DNA of 64,000 nucleotides, from positions 1 through 64,000 of the forward strand of contig CANQFQ010000005.1 in the NCBI GenBank assembly GCA_947599835.1, given 5' to 3'. Source of the stretch: an uncultured Bacilli bacterium (GTDB lineage: Bacteria; Bacillota_I; Bacilli_A; RFN20; CAG-631). The notes beneath the pieces were generated by a model. That model was not told where the DNA came from, searched no databases, and saw only the letters and a list, made by a program, of their open reading frames with translations. Shown here piece after piece: positions 9,943 to 19,826 of this stretch. A program made the position numbers and the translations under genes. How positions within the stretch are numbered: the stretch's first letter is position 1; every line of letters begins with the position of its first letter.

Positions 9943-11799
9943 ATGAAAAAAGGAATAAAAATCATATTAATACTTGTTTTTATCGACATTTTTATTGGTT
10001 TATACTATTCAATTTGCTTTATTTTACCCAAAATTTCGCTTTATAGAAATAATGATATTACCGTTTATGATAGTCAAAATGAAATCATCTTTGAAACACA
10101 TCACGATATCCCCGGACATTATGTTGGATTAAATGAGATGAGTCCTTATCTTCCGGTTGCTTTTATTGCGGCTGAAGATCAAAATTTTTATCACCATTAC
10201 GGTTATGATTTGAAAGGCATGTTAAGAGCAACTTGGAATACGCTTTTCAAAGGAAAGCCACAAGGAGGCTCAACCATTACGCAACAACTAGCAAGAAGTT
10301 TATTTTTAACGAATGAAAAAAGTTTTTCTAGAAAAATACATGAAGCCATCCTTACTGCTCGTATCGAGACTAATTATTCAAAAAAGCAAATATTAGAACA
10401 ATATTTAAATACGATTTATTTGGGCCATGATTTATATGGAGTCAGTGTGGGTGCGCAATATTATTTCAATAAGGATTGTAAAAATTTAACATTAGATGAA
10501 GCGGCATTATTAGCGGGTATTGCAAATGCTCCAGCTTATAATGATCCAAATCTTCATTATGATAATGCCATTTATCGACGCAATTATGTTTTAAAAAATT
10601 TATATCATTCTAAAATCATTACCACAAGGGAATATAACGAAAATATCCATAAAACAACACAAATTCATCTTTGTGAACCCGCATTTACGGATGCCAATTT
10701 ATTTTATCATCGTGCCATTGTAAAAGAATTAGAAGAATTAAACTTATATAATAAAAAAAATCTTGCCATAGGTTTAGATGTTTATGTTTCATTACAACAA
10801 AATATTTCTCAACAATTATATCAAATTTTGAAAAAACATCAGCCCAATACAAACACACAAGTGGCTGTGCTGATTCTCAAGCCCTACACGAATCAAATTC
10901 TTGCCATGGCGGGAAGCTTTGATGTTCATGATGAATTTAATCGTTCGATGATGGCCCTTCGTCCCATTGGTTCAACGATAAAGCCTATGATCTATTATAT
11001 GGCCTTGGACTATGGCTTAACCCCGGTAAGTAAATTTATGAGTGAAGAAACTCTTTTTTATATCGATGGGATTGGGGAATATGCACCAAAAAATAGTCAT
11101 CATCAATATCCAAATAAAAAAATAACGATGATTGAAGCTTTAGCGGTCAGTGATAATATTTATGCTACGAAAACTTTATTGTTTATTGGCAGTAAAAATT
11201 TAAATCAATTTTTAAATTTATTTGGCATAAACTACGATAAATCCGTTCCTTCTATGGCATTAGGGGTCAGCGAGATGTCCTTGTTAGATCTAGCTAGTAT
11301 TTACAACACTTTTGCCTCAGAAGGAAAATATTATCAACCCCATTTCATTCAAAAAGTTGTCGATAAAAAAGGAAAAGTTTTATATAAGGCCCCTACCAAA
11401 GGAAAACAAATACTCAATCCAACATCGACGCTGATTTTAAATCAATTATTGCGAGCTCCTTTTGATGAAAAAGCTTATGGTTATGCAAAACCGACCTTAC
11501 TAAATTATCAACCAAAAGCGATCTTTGCGGCAAAAACCGGGACAACGAATTCAGATGCCTATACCATTGGATATAATCCAAATTACACGATTGCGATTTG
11601 GGTGGGTAAAGATGACAATTCACCCCTCTATGAAACGCAGTTATCTAAAACGATTTTTGTGGATTTGGCAAATCAAATTACTTCAGATAATCAATTACAA
11701 ACATGGTATGATCATGGATATTTTATCTATTCTGCCAAAATCAATCCTTTAACGGGAAATAAAGACGCAAATGGCTCTTTTTATTGGTTTAAAAGTTAA
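9943..11799 (+). CDS. class A penicillin-binding protein (transglycosylase/transpeptidase)
   Basis: N-terminal TM anchor. GT51 motifs 'FIAAEDQNFYHHYG' and 'QGGSTITQQLAR'. Transpeptidase motifs 'STIKP', 'SDN' and 'KTGT'. Confidence 0.8.
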   Translation: MKKGIKIILILVFIDIFIGLYYSICFILPKISLYRNNDITVYDSQNEIIFETHHDIPGHYVGLNEMSPYLPVAFIAAEDQNFYHHYGYDLKGMLRATWNTLFKGKPQGGSTITQQLARSLFLTNEKSFSRKIHEAILTARIETNYSKKQILEQYLNTIYLGHDLYGVSVGAQYYFNKDCKNLTLDEAALLAGIANAPAYNDPNLHYDNAIYRRNYVLKNLYHSKIITTREYNENIHKTTQIHLCEPAFTDANLFYHRAIVKELEELNLYNKKNLAIGLDVYVSLQQNISQQLYQILKKHQPNTNTQVAVLILKPYTNQILAMAGSFDVHDEFNRSMMALRPIGSTIKPMIYYMALDYGLTPVSKFMSEETLFYIDGIGEYAPKNSHHQYPNKKITMIEALAVSDNIYATKTLLFIGSKNLNQFLNLFGINYDKSVPSMALGVSEMSLLDLASIYNTFASEGKYYQPHFIQKVVDKKGKVLYKAPTKGKQILNPTSTLILNQLLRAPFDEKAYGYAKPTLLNYQPKAIFAAKTGTTNSDAYTIGYNPNYTIAIWVGKDDNSPLYETQLSKTIFVDLANQITSDNQLQTWYDHGYFIYSAKINPLTGNKDANGSFYWFKS

Positions 11800-11866
11800 T
11801 ATTCATATTGACTTTTAGTTTAAGAATAATCATAATTATTTTGTAATTTATAAAGGTAGTGAGTTC

Positions 11867-12829
11867 ATGTCTAAAGATACAATTGTAAATAGCAAATTTT
11901 ATCATCGAATGATGATGATACGTCATAATAAAGTTTTTGATTGGATTTTTTCAATTGTTTGCGTTGCCATTTGTGCAGCTTTTTATGCCCTTGCTGTCAA
12001 AGTTTTTGTATCTCCAAAACGATTACTTGCTGGAGGCGTTTCTGGGATTTCTTTACTTTTAGGTCGATTTATTGAAGCCACGGGTTGGTTAAAATTTAGT
12101 GAAACCAATATTGCAGGGGTTTTAACTTTAATATTTAATATTCCATTGTTAATTCTTGCTTGGAAAAAATTAAATTTAAAATTTGCAATTCTATCTTCTG
12201 TGCATGTTCTTACCGTTTCTACTTTAGTTGCTTTTTTACCTAATAATATCAGTGAAATCATCTTTCAAAAAGCTTGGAATGATATCGGCATTCTAGATGC
12301 AGCATTATTTGCTGGAGCTATTGTTGGCATTTCAACTGGTATTTGTTTTCATCTTGGTGGAAGTAGTGGGGGCATGGATATCGTAGCTTACTATTTTAGT
12401 AGTCGAAAGCAAATTACCGTCGGTAAATTAAATTCGATTATCAATGCTTCCATCATTATTTTTAGTATTCTTTTATTCCCTAAAGATGGTATTGATAAAG
12501 CATTATATACCTTACTTTATATCTTTACAAATTCTTTAACTTTGGATGCTGTATTTAATAGAAATAAGAAAAACATGATTCATATTATTACCAATAATGG
12601 GGAAGCCGTTTCTAAATTTGTTATGGCAAATTTTTATCGAGGAGTGACGCAAATTGATGCCAAGGGGGCTTATACTGGAAACCATAAAGATTTCTTATAT
12701 GTTGTCGCTACAGCCTTTGAATCCTTAGAAATTGCTAAAGAAGTTAAAAAATTTGATCCCGATTGCTTTATCACAATTATTCCTGTAAGTAAAGTTTATG
12801 GTCGTTTTATTAACAAAGATATTCATTAA
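11867..12829 (+). CDS. YitT-family membrane protein (DUF161 + DUF2179)
   Basis: Multi-TM N-terminal domain with 'GGSSGGMD' and a C-terminal soluble domain, matching the YitT architecture. Confidence 0.55.
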   Translation: MSKDTIVNSKFYHRMMMIRHNKVFDWIFSIVCVAICAAFYALAVKVFVSPKRLLAGGVSGISLLLGRFIEATGWLKFSETNIAGVLTLIFNIPLLILAWKKLNLKFAILSSVHVLTVSTLVAFLPNNISEIIFQKAWNDIGILDAALFAGAIVGISTGICFHLGGSSGGMDIVAYYFSSRKQITVGKLNSIINASIIIFSILLFPKDGIDKALYTLLYIFTNSLTLDAVFNRNKKNMIHIITNNGEAVSKFVMANFYRGVTQIDAKGAYTGNHKDFLYVVATAFESLEIAKEVKKFDPDCFITIIPVSKVYGRFINKDIH

Positions 12830-12838
12830 AGAACTACT

Positions 12839-13549
12839 ATGAATTACTCGAAATTAATGGATTATTATCACACGCTTTCAAGTGGGGAAAAATTTATACA
12901 ATTTAGTTATAAAATGATACCAACCCATTTAAAAATAATGGGGGTTAAAACGCCTTGGATAAAAAAAACGGCAAAAACCATTGCTAAACTTGATAAAGAT
13001 TGTATTTTTACTTATCCGTTGAATCAATATTATGAAATTAATTATACTTTTTTATTGGTTTTAATTTATCAAAAACAAGCGATTGAAGAAAAATTGGCCA
13101 CCTTATGGAAATATTTAGATTATCTAGATAATTGGGCCATTTGTGATGGTTGTGTTTTAGCTTTTCATTTGGATAATAAAGATAAAGATCTTGCTTATCA
13201 TTGGATTGTTAAATGTTTACAAACAAATAAAGAATTTGTCGTTCGATTTGGATTAGTGATGTTATTGAAGTTTTATGTTAATCATGAATATATGGATAAA
13301 ATTTTTAATTTACTAAAAAACTTGAATTATAGCGATTATTATGTAAGTATGGGCTGTGCTTGGTTACTCAGTGTTTGCTATTTAAATTTTGCAGATGCGG
13401 TCGAAAAATTTCTTTTTATCGATAAAATATTACCTCATAATGTAACGTGTATGACGATTCAAAAATGCCTTGATTCTTATCGAGTACCAAAAGATAGAAA
13501 AAATAGCCTTAAAAAGTTAAAAAAATTATACTTGAATCAAGAATTATAA
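12839..13549 (+). CDS. DNA alkylation repair protein (AlkD/AlkC-like HEAT-repeat family)
   Basis: Helical-repeat protein carrying the 'NWAICDGC' motif characteristic of the DNA_alkylation family. Confidence 0.45.
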   Translation: MNYSKLMDYYHTLSSGEKFIQFSYKMIPTHLKIMGVKTPWIKKTAKTIAKLDKDCIFTYPLNQYYEINYTFLLVLIYQKQAIEEKLATLWKYLDYLDNWAICDGCVLAFHLDNKDKDLAYHWIVKCLQTNKEFVVRFGLVMLLKFYVNHEYMDKIFNLLKNLNYSDYYVSMGCAWLLSVCYLNFADAVEKFLFIDKILPHNVTCMTIQKCLDSYRVPKDRKNSLKKLKKLYLNQEL

Positions 13550-13581
13550 AATGATAATATTATTTTGCTTAAAGCAAAAAT

Positions 13582-13655
13582 AGGGACATAGTTAAATGGC
13601 TTAACAATGGTCTCCAAAACCATCAATGTGGGTTCGATTCCTACTGTCCCTGCCA
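13582..13655 (+). tRNA. trnW: tRNA-Trp (anticodon CCA)
   Basis: 7-bp acceptor stem AGGGACA/TGTCCCT, T-loop GGTTCGATTCC, anticodon loop CTCCAAA and encoded 3' CCA. Confidence 0.85.
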
Positions 13656-13762
13656 TCGACGAATAAAGCCCGATTTTTAGGGCTTTTTTATTTTTCATTA
13701 TAGTCATTTAAAAACAGATCTTAGGTAATGTAACAAAGCATTTTTCTAAACCCTTTTTGATG
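13655..13762 (+). repeat. direct repeat, left copy (~107 bp, ~95% identical to 16562-16668)
   Basis: I aligned it by eye with the copy starting at 16562. Both copies begin 'atcgacgaataaagcc' and run through 'ccctttttgatg'. The left copy starts exactly at the tRNA-Trp 3' end. Confidence 0.8.
13665..13690 (+). terminator. rho-independent terminator downstream of tRNA-Trp
   Basis: Stem aaagccc/gggcttt with an 8-nt loop followed by a T-run. Confidence 0.5.
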
Positions 13763-14031
13763 CGTTAAATCATGTCCGTTTCCTCGGTGGCTACAAAATA
13801 TCTTAGTTTTAAGACATTTTCAAATACTAACACTTAAGACATTATCATAGGCTAATCATATGACAAACCATATTTTTTTGTTGTGAATTTGCATTATTCG
13901 ATATTTTTTAATATAATTTAAATAGACAATGTTTTAAATTAAAATCGGAGGTTACAATTTTATTTTGGTAATCATATCATTGTTTATACTTTCTTTATTA
14001 AAAACAAAATATAATTTAGGAGACTTTAGCA

Positions 14032-14469
14032 ATGTATAAAAAAATATCAGTATTTACATTATTTATATCAATGATTTTTCTTTTTTCGGCTTGTACTAGT
14101 AATACTAATTCCAAATATTCTAGTAGTATTGGCGATCGTTTGGATGATAAACCAATGTTGGTCGCTTCAATTCCACAAGAATTTATGTGTTTTGGAAAGA
14201 TTTATATCGATAATAATGAGGAAATTGAAACTTTAGGATCCGGAACAATGATAGGATACTTGGTTAATGAAAATGAATTAGATTTTTGGAAAAGTAAGGA
14301 TAATAACAATAATCTTGTTTACGCTACAGGTAATGATGTGTTTAGAAAAACGGATGAAGGTCAAGAAAACTTAAAAGACAGGTATGAATTATATTCCTTA
14401 GATGAAACGTATGATTGCTTGGCAATAAAAGAATATACAGGTAAGTTTAAGCTGTACTCTAAACAATGA
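14032..14469 (+). CDS. small lipoprotein (145 aa)
   Basis: Signal peptide with lipobox 'LFSAC' (Cys21). Preceded by the RBS 'aggagac'. Confidence 0.5.
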   Translation: MYKKISVFTLFISMIFLFSACTSNTNSKYSSSIGDRLDDKPMLVASIPQEFMCFGKIYIDNNEEIETLGSGTMIGYLVNENELDFWKSKDNNNNLVYATGNDVFRKTDEGQENLKDRYELYSLDETYDCLAIKEYTGKFKLYSKQ

Positions 14470-14488
14470 AAAAAACAAAAATTTAATT

Positions 14489-14791
14489 ATGTTATGTATT
14501 CTTTTGTTATCAATATTTACTATGAATTTAACGGTTAGTAACTATGATACGAAAAGAAATTCCGCTGATACTATTAACCAATTGGAATTCGTGGCTGAAG
14601 AGTTAAGTGATGTACAAGAAAGAATTGATATAACTAATGGTTTTAGCAAATTGGCTGTTAGCCATAGTTATGATGATTTTACATACAAAGCAGCCAATAT
14701 GATTAATTATAATTTATCTACAAAAAATATTTCTTATGAAAATTTCAATATGGATTCATATCAGAATAGACATAATAGTGTAAATATTTAA
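14489..14791 (+). CDS. hypothetical small protein (100 aa)
   Basis: ORF with a hydrophobic N-terminus located inside the islet. No recognisable motif. Confidence 0.3.
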   Translation: MLCILLLSIFTMNLTVSNYDTKRNSADTINQLEFVAEELSDVQERIDITNGFSKLAVSHSYDDFTYKAANMINYNLSTKNISYENFNMDSYQNRHNSVNI

Positions 14792-14830
14792 GATACAACT
14801 TCTACTTATTCGAATGTTAATTTAGATAAT

Positions 14831-16037
14831 TTGGACTATAAAAATATTGAAAAAAGTGAATCTTATATGCCAGAAGATATACAATTTGCGATTTCTCCAA
14901 CTTCAATAATTGGATCTGTTAATAGAACTCAAGTTTTACAAACTAGAGATTGGCCTTATCGTGGCATAGTGAAAATGTATATGACCTTTAACAATGTGTT
15001 AAATCAAATTGATGGAAAATATCATGATCGCATTTTTATTGGGACTGGATTTATAGAAGGACCAAATTTAATGGTCACCACTGAACACTGTGGATATAAT
15101 GATGTAACTAATGATGAAAATTACGAAGATGGCATATCAAATCCTAGATTTCCCGATAAGATTGAAGTGTATGCAGGAATAAATGGTTATAGCGAACGTT
15201 CAACATCCTATATTTATTATGCAGAAGTTTCTGTAATTAATATTCAAAAAGAATATTTTAAAACTACTTCGACAAATTATGATTGGTGTGCTATGCAACT
15301 AGACCGTGACTTGGGAGTACAAACTGGTTATTATGGTAAAATCAGTAATTTGTATGAGAGTAAGGCATCTGTCTACTCTTATGGATATCCAGGAGATAAA
15401 CCAACTAATACAATGTGGGAAACTCATGGGACACTTATTGAAAAAAAATGATTATAAATATAGTTATGATTTTGACACTTATGGCGGTCAAAGTGGTTCA
15501 CCTGTTTTCATGACCGCTACTGATGGAGCTATTTATGTGTGTGGAATACACACGTCTGGTAGTTCATCTGCTAATTATGCAACTAGAATAAATTCATTTA
15601 TTTTTCATTATTTAAATAGCTTTGTGTCTTATCATAATTATGAGCATCTTGCTGCAACAATTGTCCCAACTGATTATGGCTTTGCTGATGCTTATCCAAC
15701 TGATGACTATACAAAAACAAATTATGCCACACATACTTTATCTTCTGGATTCCAATTTCAAACAAGGAGATATCGTACTGGTTATATTCAAAATGAATAT
15801 ATTGTTATGTCGCCATTTAGAAATGGCATTACAGAAGCGTTTATCGAATATAAATTTGATGTACCAGTAACAAAAATTGAGGTTGATTTAGCACATTGGA
15901 GATCTTTATCTAATGAGTGGACGTATAGTGATTATCTCAGTGCTGTTCTTAGAATACCTGATGGTAATGGATATAATAATGTATCGATTTATTATCTTCA
16001 TCAACTAATTTTCCAACAGATAGAACTAATCCGATGA
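14831..16037 (+). pseudogene. V8/glutamyl-endopeptidase-like S1B serine protease, interrupted by a +1 frameshift in an A8 tract (15441-15448)
   Basis: Catalytic His in 'LMVTTEHCG', Asp in 'NYDWCAMQLD' and Ser in 'GGQSGSPVF' are split across two overlapping frames (14831-15451 and 15306-16037). Deleting one A restores the continuous protein '...THGTLIEKNDYKYSYDFDTYGGQSGSPVF...'. Confidence 0.65.
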
Positions 16038-16279
16038 CCTACACAATTGAATTTTCAACACCAGTTTATATATTCCAATTCTATATGCAAAGTAAACGTA
16101 TAAACACAAATGATAATAATCGGGGGAGAATTTGTATTGGCAATCTAAATATTTTTACTAAAGAGGGGTGGTATTGATTCTTAAATTGTTTTAATAAAAT
16201 ATTAGTTCAATTTTTGTTGAAATAGTTAATGAATTTTATAAAAAAGCGTTAAATATAGCATTAATAATTCAAAATATTT

Positions 16280-16310
16280 ACTCACTCATTAAATTGGGTG
16301 AGTTTTTTTA
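16280..16310 (+). terminator. rho-independent terminator at the end of the islet genes
   Basis: Stem actcac/gtgagt followed by T7. Confidence 0.4.
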
Positions 16311-16561
16311 TTATTTAAAATTTGTTGAATATAATACTAGTCATAAATAACCAATAAACGTCCTTAGAGCGAAGGTAGTTAGAATAATGGTTTTAGAAGA
16401 AAAGGCAAAAGAAATTGATTTAAATCAAAAGAACATTAAAGTTAAAAACTTTTTATAATTAAACTATTATAATCTAAAATCGTATTTGAGACGTTTTAGA
16501 TTATGTATTATCGCGTTTTAGTTTTTTAAAAAAATTTGTATTATTTGCGTTTTCATTAGAT

Positions 16562-16668
16562 ATCGACGAATAAAGCCTGATTTTTAGGTTTTTTTATTTT
16601 TCATTATAGTCATTTAAAAACAGATTTTAGGTAATGTAACAAGGCATTTTTCTAAACCCTTTTTGATG
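16562..16668 (+). repeat. direct repeat, right copy (partner of 13655-13762)
   Basis: ~95% identical to the left copy. The terminator hairpin inside it is degenerated (cct..aggttt). Confidence 0.8.
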
Positions 16669-16920
16669 TATTAATTTAGAGTGGAGACGCAAAGATACAC
16701 TTTTGATTTTACTTAGTTTTTGAAATTTAAATTTTAATTAAACCTTATAAAATAAATGCTGCGTTCCATTTATTTTCATTTTTATCGATTTTACCGATAA
16801 AAATGAACATAAATTAGAGGATCAAAAACATTTTTTACACTCATTTTTAATCGTTTTATTCATATATCATTTTTTAGCTTTTGAAATTTTATTCTTAAAA
16901 TTTTGAATTTATGATTTTAT

Positions 16921-16955
16921 AAAAATTGTGCAGCCACCAGCTGCACAATTTCAAT
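16921..16955 (-). terminator. bidirectional rho-independent terminator ending the minus-strand nine-gene operon
   Basis: 9-bp perfect stem ttgtgcagc/gctgcacaa with a 5-nt loop. T-rich tracts flank it on both strands. Confidence 0.55.
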
Positions 16956-17078
16956 TTTAAAATATTCTCGATAAAATTTAATCCTGTTTTAAAGATGAAA
17001 ATTCTTTATGAATTTCAAAAGATAAATTATTAAAAGTACATTAAATAAAATTAAAAGCAACCTTTTTAATTTATTATA

Positions 17079-19805
17079 TTACTTTAACAATAGAACTGCT
17101 AACCAAATTACAGCAATTATCGAAATTATAAAATAAATTATATAAAAAATTTTAAATTCAATATTAACTTCGTCAACACCATCTTCAACATTACATCTTA
17201 CCATGTAATATCCTCTTATAGTATTAGGAATACAACCTACAAAAAAAATCGTAAGAGGTAGAAGAGATTCGTTGTCAATCTTGCATACGAGCCAAACAAT
17301 CATAACATCTAATGCCAAAGTAAAAATAATATCAAATATCACATTAAAAACATTTATTGTTTTTATTTTGGCTCTTGTTTTTCTATCTTGTACATTTACT
17401 ACTTTTCCAAATTGATCTTCTAATTCTCTATCGTTACAAAATTCAATCACGTATCTCATTTTGCCATATAAAGAATGCTTATTTACACTTGCAGGCAGTT
17501 GACTCACTGTTTTAACTTTGTAATATTCAAATAATTCATTTAAATACATATCAAATAATTTCTTACATAAATTTAATGAATTTTTTTTAATAATTTCTAC
17601 GCAATTGTCCTTAAATAAAACTGATTTATCAATAAATACATTATCTAATATTTCTTGTTTAATTTGACATTCAGCTAAAAATTCTTTTACTTTTTTCAAT
17701 TTATCAGGTAAAAATTGAAAAATGTTTTCCGAATTAGGATGTTTTTCAAAATAACAAGTTGTCGCAGAAATGTAATTCTCATCTTCAAAAAGTACACTAG
17801 CATCATCTGCTAAAGACAAATAATTACTATATTTTCGATTAATCATGTATCGAACGATATATGCATTATAATTATATTTATCAATTGATAATAACATATT
17901 ATTATATTTTGTTAATAATTCCCATTTATCTTGACAATTAGAAATTAACAATTTTTTATCTATAAAAGTTTCAATATATTCAATAAATAAATCGTTTTCG
18001 TAACTAGGAATTAACCCTAAAATAAAATCAAAAAGAGGAATAGCTTTAGTAATATCATCATTAGGCACACTTACAATTACATTAAATAACAGATTTTCAG
18101 CTTCTTCATTGAAACTATATGAAAAAAGTTCATTTTCAATCGTTTTGAAATTATTTTGATTAAAGAAATAAGCAGATTTTTGCTTATGATCAAGCAAATT
18201 ATGAACATATAAAAAGTTATTTAACAAAGCAATACTGCATGAAGGATCCACTTCTAATATATTTTTATAATATTTGCTGGAAACAGATAATGACGGAAAT
18301 AAACTAGCAAAGGTTATATTCATATCAATATATTTTTTTGTATCATCTATAGTTTTAATTAATGAATCAAAAAGTTGTGTGTCACAGGTTTCTTTTGCAT
18401 GAGCGTACATTATATTTGTTAATTCATCTATTTTTTTATCGTCTGATTCAGATAAAGTGATATATTCTTCATAGCATATTCTATCTTGTGTATTGTAAAC
18501 TCTCATATAGAGCAAATTATAATATTTACTTCTTTCCTCAAAATTAGAAGTGGCAAGTGCTTTTTCAAAATAATCAATGTAGCCAATAGAACTACTGACA
18601 AGAGTAAAGGTTTTTTCACTATCAATTGCATTTGATGCTAAGAACAATAGCCAATAAACTTTCCCAACATTTGGATTATTCTTAATGAATTCGTTTGCAA
18701 AACGAATGGCTAAATCATATTTTTTAGAAGTTAAAAAATCTTCTATCATTTTTATTTTCGATGTATCAGAAGCGGTTACTTTAGATAATGCATTATTGCT
18801 AGTATCAATATTTCTTTTTTTGATAACTTGTTTAATGGTATCTTTTTTACTAACTTTTACTTTTGAATAATCCTTTCTATCAATATGAAAATCAATGTCG
18901 TTGACTTTGTATTTTTCAATAAATGATTTAATGATATCAAATGCATATGCATTATTATATTGAACACCTTGAATTTTTCCATTTATTTTTGGCAGCTTTT
19001 CAATAATTTGGTTGGTAAACACAATGGTAACGCTATCATTTTCTTTCGATTTATCATTAATCATTTGAATAAATCTAGTATATTCGTTTTGAACCCAAGG
19101 AGTTCTTAAATAATTTTCATCAAGACAAACGATTAACATACATTTCGCTGAGTATAAAGCATATAAAATTCTGGCTTCATATTTTGCACCAGCTTGATTT
19201 TTAATTTCAACTTCAGAATAGAAAGGCTTATAGCCCTCTTCTTTTAATCGGTAATATAAATCTTGAGCAATGCGACTATCTTCAGTAAATCCTTTGTTTT
19301 CATCACGAACTTTAACACAAATAAAACAATCATAAGATAATCCACTTTGTTTTAAATTATAAAATTCATCTTTAATTTCGTCTATTTCCACTGCTTTTTC
19401 TTGATAAATTTTTCTTTGTTCAACATTAGCATATTTTAAAGCGAGTTGATAATCCTTATCAGCAATGAATTTTTTGTTATTAATATCGTGACATATAGGT
19501 TGAAGATGTTTGTTGGCTACATCTTTTAAATATTGTATTTTATGACTTGCTAAGGCCATCCCAAAATAGGCTTCGGGTTCTGTTTCATCTTCTTCAAGAA
19601 CATTTTTAAAAGTTTCATAGGCATTATCAAATTCACACAAATCTAAATGATGTTTAGCTAATTGAATATCATTTAGATTTTCTTTTTTTATTGGTAATGT
19701 ATATGAATTGAAACATCTTTTACATTGAATTACACCATTTTTAGCCGTTGAAATATCTAAGGGTTCCCCACATGTTTCACACGTAAATTTAATTAATCCA
19801 TCCAT
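17079..19805 (-). CDS. zinc-ribbon + TIR-like domain protein with long alpha-helical region and C-terminal transmembrane tail anchor
   Basis: N-terminal C-x2-C...C-x2-C ribbon 'CETCG...CKRC'. Residues ~150-260 'YDCFICVKV...IAQDLYYRLKEEGYKPFYSE...CMLIVCLDENYLRTPWVQNEY' match the TIR fold pattern (compare plant 'DVFLSYRG...LSENYASSSWCLDEL'). The last ~25 aa 'FYIIYFIISIIAVIWLAVLLL' form a hydrophobic helix. Confidence 0.6.
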   Translation of the reverse strand: MDGLIKFTCETCGEPLDISTAKNGVIQCKRCFNSYTLPIKKENLNDIQLAKHHLDLCEFDNAYETFKNVLEEDETEPEAYFGMALASHKIQYLKDVANKHLQPICHDINNKKFIADKDYQLALKYANVEQRKIYQEKAVEIDEIKDEFYNLKQSGLSYDCFICVKVRDENKGFTEDSRIAQDLYYRLKEEGYKPFYSEVEIKNQAGAKYEARILYALYSAKCMLIVCLDENYLRTPWVQNEYTRFIQMINDKSKENDSVTIVFTNQIIEKLPKINGKIQGVQYNNAYAFDIIKSFIEKYKVNDIDFHIDRKDYSKVKVSKKDTIKQVIKKRNIDTSNNALSKVTASDTSKIKMIEDFLTSKKYDLAIRFANEFIKNNPNVGKVYWLLFLASNAIDSEKTFTLVSSSIGYIDYFEKALATSNFEERSKYYNLLYMRVYNTQDRICYEEYITLSESDDKKIDELTNIMYAHAKETCDTQLFDSLIKTIDDTKKYIDMNITFASLFPSLSVSSKYYKNILEVDPSCSIALLNNFLYVHNLLDHKQKSAYFFNQNNFKTIENELFSYSFNEEAENLLFNVIVSVPNDDITKAIPLFDFILGLIPSYENDLFIEYIETFIDKKLLISNCQDKWELLTKYNNMLLSIDKYNYNAYIVRYMINRKYSNYLSLADDASVLFEDENYISATTCYFEKHPNSENIFQFLPDKLKKVKEFLAECQIKQEILDNVFIDKSVLFKDNCVEIIKKNSLNLCKKLFDMYLNELFEYYKVKTVSQLPASVNKHSLYGKMRYVIEFCNDRELEDQFGKVVNVQDRKTRAKIKTINVFNVIFDIIFTLALDVMIVWLVCKIDNESLLPLTIFFVGCIPNTIRGYYMVRCNVEDGVDEVNIEFKIFYIIYFIISIIAVIWLAVLLLK

Positions 19806-19826
19806 ATTATTTCTTCCTTTCGCAAG

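Noticed and set aside
15306-15870. ORF-track proteins 15306-16037 (N-terminal part 'MTWEYKLVIMVK...') and 15622-15870 as independent genes
   Set aside because: The first ~45 codons of 15306-16037 are an out-of-frame overlap with the protease's upstream half. Only the portion after the A8 tract is genuine protease sequence. 15622-15870 is a third-frame overlap with no support.
13655-16668. Integrase/recombinase or transposase gene associated with the direct-repeat-bounded islet
   Set aside because: I searched the translations for tyrosine/serine recombinase or DDE motifs in and around 13.6-17 kb and found none. The islet is therefore called a remnant or duplication, not an active mobile element.
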